DNA of 64,000 nucleotides from Dimorphilus gyrociliatus (Eukaryota; Animalia; Annelida). A program made the position numbers and the translations under genes. Shown here one piece after another: positions 23,953-36,990 of this stretch. Every line of letters starts with the position of its first letter. Positions within the stretch are counted from its first letter, which is position 1. The notes under the pieces are model-generated. The model was not told where the DNA came from. It searched no databases and was given only the letters and a program-made list of their open reading frames with translations. The stretch lies in assembly GCA_904063045.1 (NCBI GenBank), contig CAJFCJ010000011.1:579100-643099 (forward strand). Direction: 5' to 3'.

Positions 23953-24789
23953 TCACATATTTTGTTCCTTGGTGTTGATTGGAGTCATTCCGTCAGTTGG
24001 TAGAGGTGACTTAATGAAAGCACAGAGCCAAGCGTAGCGCCAGTTTTTTCCCAAGCGATGTATTATATTCTTTTCCCTACTTTGAGTATATTCAAAGATT
24101 CCATAGGAGGATTCCGTAGTAGTTTGCCCATTCATTAAATTACGAAGATGATAAATAAATATGGCTGTCACGTACAGGCAGCCACCTATGCAAAGTGTGC
24201 ACATGGCGCAAGGTAAGAGAGTACCATGAGGCATGAGCCCTAAAATCCAGGCAAAGGATGGTACTATCATCGAAACTACTGCCTTCCAACTCCATCCGTG
24301 CAAAATATCATATATATAATCCATATTTAAGAAGACACAGTAAGTAGAACCTAGCACATAGTAAAAGAGAAGAAAGAAAAAATAGCGCATATTCCTGTGG
24401 CCAATACATTTGCCGCCAAATGCACAATGATGATCGCGCTCCAAAATGCAAGAGTTGCAAGAGATGCAGTGCTTTGCTCTGGGAGGATAGTTAGCTTCAC
24501 AAACCGGACAGAACTTCCACCCAGGTTTTAGTAAATAAGGAAGCATAATGCCCTGACAGCTTGAATCGTTTGTGATCATCATATAATAATGAGTTATTAC
24601 ATTGAAGTACAAGAAAATTCCAATAAGAACATGGGCAAAATAGTGGCTTGTATATTCAGGATCAATTGTGGGTAGAATGATGAATAATTCAAAGAGAACA
24701 ATTCCATGCGTTATAATGATAGTAAATGCTATAGCCATCCAATCTGACTTTTGGTATGGTAAATATCTTTTCCATTTGACTGAATCCAT
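23953..24789 (-). CDS. zDHHC-type protein S-palmitoyltransferase, single coding exon
   Basis: MDSVKWKRYLPYQKSDWMAIAFTIIITHGIVLFELFII... shows a multi-pass TM architecture. The Cys-rich DHHC domain reads CPVCEANYPPRAKHCISCNSCILERDHHCAFGGKCIGHRNMRYFFF. Confidence 0.8.
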   Translation of the reverse strand: MDSVKWKRYLPYQKSDWMAIAFTIIITHGIVLFELFIILPTIDPEYTSHYFAHVLIGIFLYFNVITHYYMMITNDSSCQGIMLPYLLKPGWKFCPVCEANYPPRAKHCISCNSCILERDHHCAFGGKCIGHRNMRYFFFLLFYYVLGSTYCVFLNMDYIYDILHGWSWKAVVSMIVPSFAWILGLMPHGTLLPCAMCTLCIGGCLYVTAIFIYHLRNLMNGQTTTESSYGIFEYTQSREKNIIHRLGKNWRYAWLCAFIKSPLPTDGMTPINTKEQNM

Positions 24790-25258
24790 CAGAATTATAC
24801 CAGTAAAAAAAGGGACATACAAAGAATTTAGTTTTCCTTTTATTAAGAAAACTGGTTAAGAATGGGCGAAACATACATTTAACCGGTATCATCATATTTT
24901 AAATCGTGTATAAACTAAGCTCCATTTCATCGAAATAGGTGTGCTACCCTCAGAAAAATGCAGATATAGGAAATATATTATCCAATCAGAGCATCTGCGA
25001 TATTTTAAACCTGTCATAAAACTTCTATGTATTCTCTTGACATGCTCTTTTTTATCGGAGAAAAGCTATTTATTGTATAGCTATTTAATATTTTATATAT
25101 TTCTATCAAATTTATTTCTTTAATATATAGAAATAAATGCTTATATGTCATATATAAAAGCTTTCAATGAATTACTTTATTGTAAATCACACATTTTATT
25201 TGCTTAAAATGTAGAACAATCTACGATCTGATAAATTTAAATCAAAACATTTAACTGT

Positions 25259-25482
25259 TCATTTATCCTTCTTTCCTCCTATCATTTTCTTCAAAACTAC
25301 TGCACCGGTTATGGTTCCCAGTGTCAGGCAAACCCACTGTAAAATTATTCATTAACTTTTATCGAAAAATTGGTTCAAGAACTTACGTTAAACCTTCCCC
25401 TGAGTGTATACGAATTTAAATAAAACCTCCATCCCTGGAATCTGTATTGTGGGTCGTTTTCACTTGCGAAATCTCCAGCCAT
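25259..25482 (-). CDS. 57-aa single-pass membrane micro-protein (2 exons), possibly a UQCR11-like respiratory-chain subunit
   Basis: Exon 1 is MAGDFASENDPQYRFQGWRFYLNSYTLRGRFN. Its donor is GTAAGT and the acceptor is TTTTACAG (intron about 25334-25383). Exon 2 is WVCLTLGTITGAVVLKKMIGGKKDK*. The NW-x-TM-x-GKKD layout resembles UQCR11 (...NWVPTA..WGAVGAVGLV...INGKFKKDD), but the match is weak. Confidence 0.35.
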
Positions 25483-25717
25483 GTCGACTTAGGGCCTTCA
25501 AGGTCTGCACGAAATAAAAGAACAATTGTAAGTAAAGCATGTAAAGCAACATTCTTATTGAAGCTTTAATGGTATTACATCATACTTTAAGTATTTGTAA
25601 TTGTTACAATTATTAAAGTAATGAATGTAAATTCCTTCAGAAATACAGCTGAGAAACCTTACCTTAATTTTTCAAAGAGAATTTTAGGATATTGTCAAGG
25701 TTGAAACGCAGTCACGT

Positions 25718-25731
25718 GACGTGTTCCGAAT
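25718..25731. promoter_or_regulatory. tcacgtgacgtg composite E-box/CRE-like element about 240 bp upstream of the micro-protein gene
   Basis: Direct read of agtcacgtgacgtgt. No functional evidence. Confidence 0.2.
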
Positions 25732-27094
25732 GATAACCAATGCCATCTAGAGTAGTTTTAACTATTGGAGATAAGTTAATGAAAAAGTAACTTTACCAAG
25801 TATTTCTGTTATCGAAGTATTATATTAATTATTATAAAGTAATCCTGATAGTTCTTCTCTGAATTATTTTAAGTGTAATTGTAAAAATATTATATCTCAC
25901 GTCTTAGAAAAAGTCTTCATACTTGAGACTTTATAAAAACCTTCGTTGTCTTCTCTGAGGTATGCAAATCTTTCACAAGCTTATGATATTGCCTGTATGA
26001 GCTTAATTAATAGTATGTGCATTAGCTGCTGAGAATTATTGTTCGTATATGATCCTTAACACGTTTCCAGATTTTAATAAAGTCCTTTTTTATAAATCAT
26101 TAAGCACAACATTAAAAATAACATCTCAGTAATGGAGCTAATTTTTGAATGTACATGTGTTTACTGTTCATGTGAAAGTAAAAACCAACGAAATAAAAAA
26201 TTGATTGAAAAAATTCTTATGGAAACAATCTAAGACCGATCGTACTTTCAGTTGTTTTTCCTTGTTACATCTTGCTAACAATCAGGGGTAGCCTAGTATG
26301 TCACATTAATACCTTATTCTACTTGAAGTAATAAGCACTTTGTTTGTTTACTTTGTTTTTGACAAAATACTATCTTTTATCCGAATAATTTGTTAATACT
26401 TTATTATTTAATTAAATACGCGCGCTTTTCCCATTGCACAAAATATCCTTCACCTTGACGCATATAAATGAGATGGATGTCAGTCACGTGATATTTCTGC
26501 ATAATGAGGACAGAAAAGGCTTAGTCTCGAAAATGCCACTCTTAGCTATCGTCTTTAAAAGGCAAGCTCTTTTTCTCGATTATTGTAATAGTTTATTCTC
26601 TTCTATATTTTCTGAAGAGATATGCTACCTACAGTAGATATTTAAATAAATGCAATCGCCTTAAAAATACGACTGTCAGAGCGGAAGTATCGCCATTTTT
26701 GTATTTACTGCGCATGCCCGAGTAGCGGTCTGTGCGCAAAAGGGGAATGTTTCATCAATCAAAAGTATGATTACACTTTTTAATCAAAATATATATGATT
26801 ATCCTTAAATTTAAGTTTGAAAAACTATTTATTTTTATAAAAACTTTTTTAATAATTCTTTATGAGCTAAATTATTTTTTTTAAAAAAGCATTAAGTATA
26901 AAAATTTTTTTTACTGAAATTATGCCCAAAGAGTTGTTTTGTCGGCCATGATCGTCTGTTTCCGAATGCGCTGTGTTACATTGTGTGAAGTGGTAGTTTT
27001 TAATGAAATGCTCGAAATCTACGGACATTTGATCTGTTAGAATTATTCGTTTATGTGATTCTACATTCCTGCTCTTACTTCTAAAGCTGACAAT

Positions 27095-30000
27095 ATGGTA
27101 AGTTGTGTAGTTTATGCAAAAAATCGTAACGTTTATCACAGCGATGGACACTCGCACGGCAGTATAAATCTTAACGTTGCCAAGTCGTATTTTTTAGTAT
27201 ATAAATTTTTTCTAAGTGTGTATTGGGCAGATTTGCTTTTACAGATCGAATATCGAACGAGATTTTGATAAAAGATAGTAAAACTTCTCACGATGTTAAA
27301 TTTTTGTGCCAAAATGTTCTGAACATCTTTGGAGCGATTCGGTACTCCGCCATTATGCTACTCGTACAATATTGGTCAACGTTTTAGCGAAATTCTTCAA
27401 TTATCGTAGGGTTGCCTACTAAACTAACGATGACTATTATATTTTCAGATTTATAACCGATTTCTTTATTTCAGTATGATCCTGCCTATCTTTCAGTAGG
27501 AACTGAAGTAAGTGCAAAATATCGAGGCGCTTTTTGCGAGGCACGAGTAAAGAAAGTTGTGAAACATGTTAAATGCAAGGTATAATTTATATTGCGTCCA
27601 AGGTTTTTTGTTGAATCATCACATAAATTAAATATCTTCAGGTGACGTTGGTAGACCAAACGCAACAGTCATTTTTTCTAAGTGATGAAGATATACAAGG
27701 GCATATTAAGGTAGCTACTTCGGATTAATTTCATGTAAGACTATATTTGCATAATTTTTAAACAAATAGCTAAACAACAAAGTGAAGGTAAAAAGATCAG
27801 ATAGCGACGAATGGTCACAAGCTATCATCAATAAAATTATTGATTCAAGTACCTACACCGTTGGTACGTATAGTTATTTCAATTTTGAAAACTAGCTCTA
27901 TTTGAAAATTTCCTTCCTTCAGAGTTTAATGATGGAGACGAAAATACTCTAAAACGGACACAAATATGTCCCAAAGGCGACAAGCATTTCGACAAAAGCG
28001 AGGTAACATTTGAAATTATTCTTCTCTTTACAGTTAACCACGCCTCTCTATACAGACTCTAGATAATTTACCGTTATCTCATCCTGAGCATTTTGGTATT
28101 CCTGTCAAAGGCAAGGACAGCTCAAAGAGAAAGAAGAATATCAATGAGTACGCCAATTTTTATAAATGTTAAAAAAATATTTCTAAGTAGTGCTTTTAGA
28201 TCTGATGAAAGTGATTCGGAGAATGATGAAGGACCTGAAAAGAAAAGAGTTTTCAAAGGAAAAGCATCTGATTCCATCGGTCTTCTCGTATTAGCAGATG
28301 TTGGTGAACGTAAAAAACAAACAGCCCCATGTTTAATAGTAAAGTTGACCGCAAGTGAGATTCCCGTTAGAGCAAAGGATCAAGTCCTTGTAAAAAGCTT
28401 TAGAGATAACAAATTGTAAGTACATCTTGAAAAAATTCAAGCTAACGACAATAAAGCAACTCATTGTAACTTTCTTTAGCTATGCTGTGTCTAAGAAGGA
28501 TATGAAGGAGTTTGACAAAGAGGATGCCAAAAGATATGATGATAAAATGCTGAGAACAAGTATAGAGAAAGCATTAACATACTTGGACACCCGTGAGTTA
28601 CCTTCCAATTGGCCAAAGAACTTATTAGCGGATGAAGACCCTACAAACGATACTGAAATAGACGATGAAGTGATGGTAGTAATCGTAGTCTCTGCCAATA
28701 GTATTACTAATTATCTTTTTTTAGGATTCTGAGGATGAGAAGTCCAGTTTAGAGAGAGATAATTTTATAGCTCATATATACAAGTTTAACGAAGAAAATG
28801 GAAGTCCAATCAGTAAAACACCGACTGTTGTCAATAAGGAACTGGACTTATTTAAGTTCTCTCAATTGGTTCGTCAGCAAGGTGGATTCAACAATGTTAC
28901 AAAAACTAATAAATGGAAACATATATACTCACGGATGGGATTACCTCCTTTCAACGGGGGTGTAACGCAACTGAGAAAAGTTTATAAACGGTAAATTGCC
29001 AAATATCATTTAATCGATTTTAATATATTTGAAATTTTAGTTATCTTCTGAGTTATGAGGACTTTGGCAGAAAATATGAGGCAATTGAGTGTCGATCATC
29101 AGGTCGTACTCGCGCAACAACAGCCAGAATGGCTATATCACAAAAAGAGAAATCAAAAACAATTGAAGATAGTGACAATGACGATAAGTCATTTACAAAA
29201 GAGGGAGAATCAACAAGCAATAATGATAAACCTAAATCTGGAGTAGGAAATGACCCTAGAAGTGAAAAATCCATTATTCTTGAACCTGATGAAAGCAAGT
29301 TGAAAAGGAGACTTGGTTTAAAAGAGGAGGATAACATTCGTAAGCCACGCGTTTCTAACTCTAGGGATGATACCCCTGGGAGGATTATGGTTATGCGTGA
29401 AAAAGGAGGAAGAGATGATTCTAAAAAACCTTTTGGAAATAGAAAAGAAGATGATGATAAAAGAAAGCGTCCTCAAAGAACTAGAAACACTAAAGACGAC
29501 GAGGAGGAATCAAAATTGGACAAAAGAAAAAAATCTAATGATTTGAAATCAGATGCGACGTCAAACTTTGATTCATCTGAACAAGATATCGACATATCGA
29601 GTTCTGAAAGTGCAACACCAAAAGGAAATAATTTACCTGATGTTATACCTATTAATTCTCGATTATTAGTGAGATACGGACGGGGACGAACCCTTAAAGC
29701 TTATGATGCAAAAGTAATTAGCACGGAGGAGCAAAATGATGAAACTTTCTATCTGGTCCATTATGCTGGATGGAACAACAGGTATGATGAGTGGGTTGGA
29801 AGAGAAAAAATTGTACAAATGCTAGAAGAGGGCGATGGAAAGTATCAAATGAAAAATACACGTCCCTTTGTATCACCAAGAAATAAAAATGCTGTTGTGG
29901 AAAAAGCACTTCCTGGAAGGAAAAAGCTGCTCTGTAACTCGGCTGAGGGTAAATTTAAGACAAAAGCTGGGGTAAAATCAAATACTCAGACTAAGGCTGG

Positions 30001-31681
30001 TCGATTAACTCGATCCTCCAGCATGGAAACGGCTCAGCTTCCCCCACCCCCTCGAAAAGGCAGAGCCCGCAAAACTTCAAGTGTTGCTGATAATGACAGT
30101 CAGACGTCAGATGTCAAAAGTACAGACGATTCGTTTCAAACTGAAGATCCACTAGCGAATGAAGTCACTGAAGATGAAACAATATCTATAAAAGACGAGA
30201 AAGTTGCAGAGGAACCTCCTATATTAGTCGAAGTTAAAACCGAACAAGCAATGAGCATAGTTGAAAAAGAATCTCCTGAGGTTGAAGTTAAACAGGAAGT
30301 GAACAAAGAAGTAGTTGAAGCAAAAGTAGCTGTCGAATTACCAGTAAAATCTCCAGGACGAGGTAGACCTCGTTCCTCAACCAAGTCTCCGAAAAATGCC
30401 TCTGTAAAATCCCGCAATCTAAAAGCTGAGCGTGAAGAACAAAAAGAAAAGGAAGAACCACCGAAAGAAAGTGTTAAGCCGAAAGAAAGTGTTAAGCCGA
30501 AAGAAAGTGTCAAACCGAAAGAACAGCCTGTTGTAGTTGAACCAGAACTCAAAGAGGAAACTGAAGAAAAAAAGAAGCTGGAAGAAAATGTACCTGAAGT
30601 TACATTAACAGCTAAAGTTGAGGAAATGAAAGAGATAGAACAAAAAGAAGAAACGACTGAATGTGTTAAGCCCGAGGAAACTGAAGAAGTTAAAGATGAT
30701 AAGGAGCCAGCTATCGTTGGAGATGTAGACTTGACTTGTAATGAAATTGGGGCAATAGAGAAGATGGAAGCTCTGGCCTCTCAAGAAGAAGAACGAAAGG
30801 AGACAGAGTGTCGATTACTTGAATCTGTAGGTGATGCTGCCGCAGCTGAAACAGACACCAAAAATGCAAAGAAAATTAAAAAAGCAAAGAAAGTGGACAA
30901 AGTGAAAGTTTTTAACGATGACGAAAAGAAAAAGAAAAGTAAGAAAGATAAAGACGATGCCAGTGCATTTACTCCGCCATATACTCCCCCTGAAGATATG
31001 GCAAAAAATAAAAGTGCTTCTTCTTCACCATCAGCACAAGGTGATGAAGTAGGAGGAAATCCTTCACCGATTAGCAATGGAAATTTAACTGCAGACAATG
31101 TGTCTGTTGCATCGACCTCCCGTCCCACAGAGCAAGTTACTCAGGTACCTGTATCCGCTCCTGTCAAGAAAAGAAGACCCAGGTTACGGGGTCGCAGATC
31201 AGCACGCCACAATAGCGACAGCGATGATAACCTCAAAAGTCCAAATTTCCATTCCCCATCCAAATCTATTCCTACATTAATTCACGTTGATCCTCAGCAA
31301 ATGGAACTAACTTTGAAAAAGTATAATTTGTCTTTCGGTAAGTGAATATTGATTTCAATTTCTTTAACTTTGCTAATATTTAAAATATCACACAGACGAA
31401 GGCGAGCAATTAGATGGAGACAATAAGATTGCTTTCTTACAAAGGAAAATGCAAGAAATTCGCACCATTTATATGCAGTTAAAAAGCGACTTATCTTGTT
31501 TAGACAGGAGGTATAAGAGATGTAGAAAAAGACATAAGCAAAGTAAGTCATATGAGTAAGAAGATATCAGGTTAGGTTATTTAAAATGGAATATTGACAT
31601 TTAGAATCAGAAGATACATCTTTTTCAACGAATTCGGCAACCTCGAGCTCATCATTCAATCACAACGGCGGAACGAGGTAG
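27095..31681 (+). CDS. ARID4: AT-rich interactive domain-containing protein 4 (RBBP1-like), at least 11 exons. Putative ATG-only first exon at 27095-27097; large central exon 29041-31341; two small C-terminal exons.
   Basis: [35 protein letters not shown] / [20 protein letters not shown] / [26 protein letters not shown] / [26 protein letters not shown] / [20 protein letters not shown] match human ARID4A ([53 protein letters not shown]...[53 protein letters not shown]). The ARID domain reads [87 protein letters not shown] chromo-barrel ([46 protein letters not shown]) and a long K/E/S-rich acidic region follow. The tail reads ...[74 protein letters not shown]. Confidence 0.8.
30461..30526 (+). 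repeat. In-frame 18-bp tandem repeat (3.5 copies) encoding (PKESVK)n within ARID4
   Basis: ccgaaagaaagtgttaag x2 then ccgaaagaaagtgtcaaa ccgaaagaa, giving protein [21 protein letters not shown]. Confidence 0.85.
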
Positions 31682-31768
31682 CGTGCAAGACTGAAAGTCA
31701 ATCATTCCAATCGCCGATCTCGAACTAGCATACCTGCCGTTGAAATGTGCTTGATAGTACGTTTTTGC

Positions 31769-31813
31769 CATATATATATATATGTATTATATATATATAC
31801 GTACATATATTTT
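31769..31813. repeat. AT dinucleotide-rich simple repeat
   Basis: catatatatatatatgtattatatatatatacgtacatatat, direct read. Confidence 0.8.
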
Positions 31814-32580
31814 CTGTGTGTACTATTTATAGAGTAGTATCATCGTTATTTACTAAACGAAAGCAATTTTAGGTGAATTAAAGGCCTGCACTAGACAATT
31901 TTTTTTATAAGAAGTTGGTCTTTTTTATTGGGGTTGAAATCTTTTTGCTTGTCCATGTTGAACTTTGCTTTAATTAAATCGTTTCTGTATTGTTGATGAA
32001 TGCATACGTAATACGTAGATGTTTCTTTAACTCTTGTCAATACATTCAATATTAACATGTCGCGTGGTTGTCTTCTGTGTAATCATTTGATTATTTGATT
32101 GGAAAAGAACTGCAATCTATAGATAGATAAAATAGATGAATTTAACTATACAACTGTTTTCATTTTTTGAGTAATATTGAAAAAAATGTCCTAAGCACTA
32201 ACATATTGGAAAAATGTTTTGTAAGTTGAGATAATAAACTTATGCTTTTTATACGATTTACATGTTATTTGGCGCGAAAGCTGCCATTTTGAGAACGTCA
32301 ACTGCCGAATGTTTCGCGACAAGAATAATTTGAATTCCTTAAAAAATTATGTCGCTTTCGTTAAGAATTCTTCTTAATCGTTATAATATTATATGCCAAA
32401 GGGAAAAGTTTTTAAATACTGAAGAATACTTCAATTTTGTTGAAGAAGTAAATATTTTTCTAGTCGTTCCTCTTTTATCGCTCCTCGTGTGAAACTCAAT
32501 AGAAAATTTCATAGTAGAATACTTTTAACGTAAATGCAAAACTTATTTTTATCAATTACAATTTGTTTACTTTTCAGATA

Positions 32581-35205
32581 ATGAACGATATTGGTTGTAT
32601 AAATATTGGCTTGGAAGAGAAAGAAGCTTTATCTCAACTTTTACTCAAGCTACTACTTTTAACTTGTTCTAAGATGTCTAATTCATTATTTCATGACAAA
32701 TGCAGAAATTCTCATAGACTTCTTGATCGACTTACTCAAAATATTTATCGTTTATATTTACATCCCGAAGTTTTCAGTGATAGGAATTATATTCGAAAAA
32801 ATCTGAAAGCATATGAGGATAATGATGAATTTTTTTCGAAACTTGGATACTCATCTTTAAGTAAGACAATATAGTAAGTTTATAACTAATTAGTTACATA
32901 CGTTAAAGTTATTTACGATTAATATTTTAGCTGTATTCTAAAAGAGCCTTGGAGTTTATACAAGAAACTTTTAAACCCCGAAATCAATACATTTCCATAC
33001 AGAGTATACTTATTTAACAACTGCGAAAGTGAGGATTTAATTCGCTGTCGAATTCGCCTTTTGATTGAGGCGAGGCAACATAACCTTGTCTTATTCGTCT
33101 TAAATTCCTGGCTACAGTTTGAATCAGTTCGCTATAATTCAGAGTTAAGATGTTATGCAATAGTAAATGCCTATCTATATGGTGATATTGGGGCTCTAAA
33201 TGAATATGTGGGTTAAAGTCATTTCAATTTTTATTTACGAAATCTAATTTAGCATTTATAGCTCAAGTATTTTACATTTAAAGACATAATTTTTTCTTTG
33301 ACTTTTTTAAAAAAAAGTATAACTTATCATAAAGACAAAGAACCCGCAAGGAAAGGCAAGGAAACACTTAAACATTTCCGTTTATTTCATATAACTACAG
33401 TACTTTAATTTCAGGTCACGGTCCCACTTCATGGCATTTGAATTTATTTTCGTCGACACCATATTACTTATCTATCCAATCGGACACTCTGCAACATCTA
33501 ATAAATACAGTATGCAATCATTCTCAGGTTTTTCAGCTTCTTGGATCTTCACACCTACAGCTAGGATATGAAGTAAAACTATAATTTCGATTTAACATTT
33601 AAATATTAACAAACGTTCTTGCCATTTAGGAAACACTTTACCAATGGATAGAAGAAGTAATTACTAACTCAAATCAAAAAAACTTTTTGTTTGAAAAATT
33701 AATCTCAAGTATTAAAGTTGATTTATTAAATAAAGTCTCATTAATTATTAATATCTTCAGCAAACTGGTAAAAATTTCTAGTATTTCTGATATGCTCTTG
33801 AATTAAATAATTTATTCAAGCTTTCATACTCTTTGAACTCTCAAATAGGGCAAAGCAAAAGAAAACTTTGGAATTATTTTGAAATGCGTTATGTTTTCAC
33901 TTGCAAAAGTTTTTTATTTTGCTGAAGAAGACAAGGAAAGTGATTTACTTGAAACTGCAAATCTATTTGAAGCCTTATCTAATACAATGAAAGATGCTTA
34001 TCCTTTGTTTCGCCGTGCTGCATCATTAGCGAGTTTCACGTTAAAACCGAGTAAATCGACGAAGGATGCGATCATTGACTCATATGAAAGACTCCAAGAA
34101 CCTCTAACTTCAATTCTTATCATTCAGAAGCACGATATAAAAGGCCAATTTGATCATAATTTACGTGGAAATATTAAAACTTTTCGAGAATTTTTTTATT
34201 CGGACTCAAAACGAGTAATCGTTAAAGAAATAACCAAGGCTATGACAAATATAAGGAGCTATTGTGCTACAAATGTAGATTGGCCAGAGGAAATTATTCT
34301 TTTCGAGTATGTTCTGGATACGAATAACATAATATAATAATTTGAATATTTGATATATACTTTCCAGATATGCTTTACCAACTTTTGAGATCGACGACGA
34401 AAATATTTTAATTGCGGTCTTTCATATTCTTGCAGCTGTGACTCGGCGTCGACTGTTGGCGCTGACTCACGATAAGGAGATTTTAAAAAATGTTCTTGAC
34501 GATATGCTTGAAGCTATAGATAGGAATATAAGTGTCGAAAGAGAGTCTGTTAGACTGCAAAGTGTGTGCGATGAAACAGCTGGGTCACTCACGTCAAATA
34601 TTAATACATACCTACAAAATATAGATAGAATATTTCCACCTCTCGAAGATGGTTTGCTTAAAATGAATAGTATCTTTGACAAAAAGAAACTGGAATATGA
34701 AAAGAAATATAATAACTGTGAAATTGAACTTCGCAAGAAGAGAAAGATTGGCTTGGCATGTTATCACGCTGCTTCTCTAGACTATGATTCTGATATGAAA
34801 TGCCGGTTATCAGGGAGAAAGTCTGACATGGAAACGTGCGATACTAAATACACTATACGTGTCAAATTTATCAAAGAAAAGATATCAGAAACAGTTGATA
34901 AATCTTTTTTGATACCGTTTTCTGATCTGAATTCTAGAGTATTGTCGGAAACTTATAGCAATGCTATTTTCAAAGAGTTTGAGCAATATCCAGCTTATTT
35001 CTACAAAACAAAAATGAATGCAGATAAATATGCAATAATGTTTTTTGACGAATCGAAACAGTATATCACCCAGACAACACTAGAAAATGTTCAAGATTGC
35101 GGTAAAAAAAAGAATACATTAGAAAGTAAAAATGACATAAGCTCGAACATTTCTAAAATAGACTCTAGTAGAAGTTATTTATATGTAAATGGTCACAGAC
35201 AATAA
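32581..35205 (+). CDS. Large multi-exon gene of unknown family (at least 6 exons), about 700 aa predicted
   Basis: Consecutive open exons have GT-AG boundaries. They read MNDIGCINIGLEEKEALSQLLLKLLLLTC...; CILKEPWSLYKKLLNPEINTFPYRVYLFNNCESEDLIRCRIRLLIEARQHNLVLFVLNSWLQFESVRYNSELRCYAIVNAYLYGDIGALNEYV; GHGPTSWHLNLFSSTPYYLSIQSDTLQHLINTVCNHSQVFQLLGSSHLQLGYE; ETLYQWIEEVITNSNQKNFLFEKLISSIK; the 33879-34337 ORF; and 34365-35205 (...LIAVFHILAAVTRRRLLALTHDKEILKNVLDDMLEAI...). The product looks helical-repeat like. No family recognised. Confidence 0.4.
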
Positions 35206-35447
35206 GTTGCTGCAAAATGAGTTTGTGTAATTTTCAATTTATGTTTTCCGATCCTCGTCGAAAAAAAAGTAGCCGTTTATTTACAGGATTTCAATGATAG
35301 ACATTTGGAAGTTTAAATAATGTACGCTAATTTTTCTAAGAATATTAAAAAAATTTATAGGTGTAAATAAATATTCTTTCTGCTGTATTTTGAAAAACAA
35401 AAGCAATAATTGTCACTTTTAACTACATTTAAAAATATGAATTATAA

Positions 35448-36922
35448 ATGCTATTGTATTTTTATTTTCAAGTATTTTTGTGTATTTTTGTTCAAACTAA
35501 AAAATTACAAACGCTCAGAAAGACAAAAATTTTTCATTTAAAACAATTTTACAGAAGATACCTAGAGAAAGACGCGTATTATCCAGACGAAGAATATGCT
35601 TTTTCTGAAATTTACTCAAGAACTTTGTGGCGAAGTAAATCAGACTTCGTTTCAATCGAAAAGTTAAAGACTTTTAATGATTTTTGTGAATGCGCTGTTT
35701 CTTCAACTGAAATAACTGTAGCTTGCGATAAAAGTCCAGATAAAAAGAGAAAATCTAACCGGTTATGTAATCGTAAAGGGTTTCTTGGTAGGGAGTCACT
35801 TGTTATAAAATGCAATATGCTTAATAGACAAGGATTAAATAAAAGGCCGCAAGTACGAGTTTTAGCTGAGGCAATTTCATCTTATAAAACAAAAATTGAA
35901 ATAATTAACTGTCCTGCTGACTTCTTTAAATTCCTTCCCGATTGCCAACTTAAACCGGAAGTTGGTTACTTTTATGAAGGTATGGATTTTTAAAAATTTT
36001 TCAGTTATTTGTCTAATATTTTCATTCTTAAATAGAAAACAGAGCTAATAAATTAGAAGCTGAATTGGTGTTAGTCAATACCCCAAGCGTTCCTTGCGAA
36101 CTAATCGGGGATAATGTAAATTTAACATTAATTCTAGAGCCACCTGCTACTGAGATAGCTCGCTATTTTTTCAAGCCCGATGATCGGCAGGATTGGCTGA
36201 GCTGGATCATACAAATGAATATGACTGATCATGATATACATTATTTTCTAATTTCTAATATAATAAGACCAAAACACTGTAAATTTTCAGGCCCTAAGAT
36301 TCTACTATCCAACATTAATATACTATTTCAGCCCTTTGCCTTCAAAGTAAATATCGTTTTAATTGATAATATTCTAAGTTTATTCAAAATGGAAGAATTA
36401 AAGATGTTGGATACCATTGTATTTTCAATGAATACTATTGTGGAAGTTACTATACGCGAACCTGAGGATGAGGAAGAGAAGGCTTTAATGATAAATAAAA
36501 TAAGACAATTAATTGTTAAAAAGATATTAGCTGAGGGATGTGAAAGTTCTCATGGAGCAGCCCTCTTAATTCAATATTTACCATATGCCCTTAACATAAA
36601 ATACGGAAAGATAGATTATTGGCCGGAGGGAGATATATATGTTTTTATTGAACACGCTGATGGAGAAGTTGGAGTTTTATTTTACGATTACTGTTGTTAC
36701 AAGGAAAAATCAGTAGCATATAGTATGCCTAACGAGGTTATTCGAGATGAAAATGGGATTAATCGCATTGTGATAAAAAAGGAAGATCAACTTTGGGAAT
36801 TTCCTTTAGATAATTGCCCTAAACGCCCGAAATATAGATCGTATCCGAATGAGACGTCGCTAATTAAGCAATATGCTGAAAACCTGCTAAATGAAATTTA
36901 TGGAGTAGGAGTGGCAGATTAG
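35448..36922 (+). CDS. Unknown protein (2 or more exons: about 35448-35993 and about 36011-36922). May be the 3' half of the preceding gene.
   Basis: The two long ORFs share a strand and are joined by a short intron (GTAT.. donor after ...EGMD; aaatag acceptor at about 36010). They read ...GFLGRESLVIKCNMLNRQ... and TELINLEAELVLVNTPSVPCELIGDNVNLTLILEPPATEIARYFFKPDDRQDWLSWIIQMNMTDHDIHYFLISNIIRPKHCKF...YWPEGDIYVFIEHADGEVGVLFYDYCCYKEKSVAYSMPNEVIRDENGINRIVIKKEDQLWEFPLDNCPKRPKYRSYPNE. No family recognised. Confidence 0.35.
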
Positions 36923-36990
36923 AAGAAACATTTAAGTCTAAAAGTAATTATTTGTTTATTTAAAGAAAAAGAGACCTTGATAAACATAGG

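Noticed and set aside
30136-31128. Two minus-strand ORFs of 138 and 115 aa inside ARID4
   Set aside because: Both are antisense to the K/E/S-rich ARID4 exon. The sense strand has strong homology and splice continuity.
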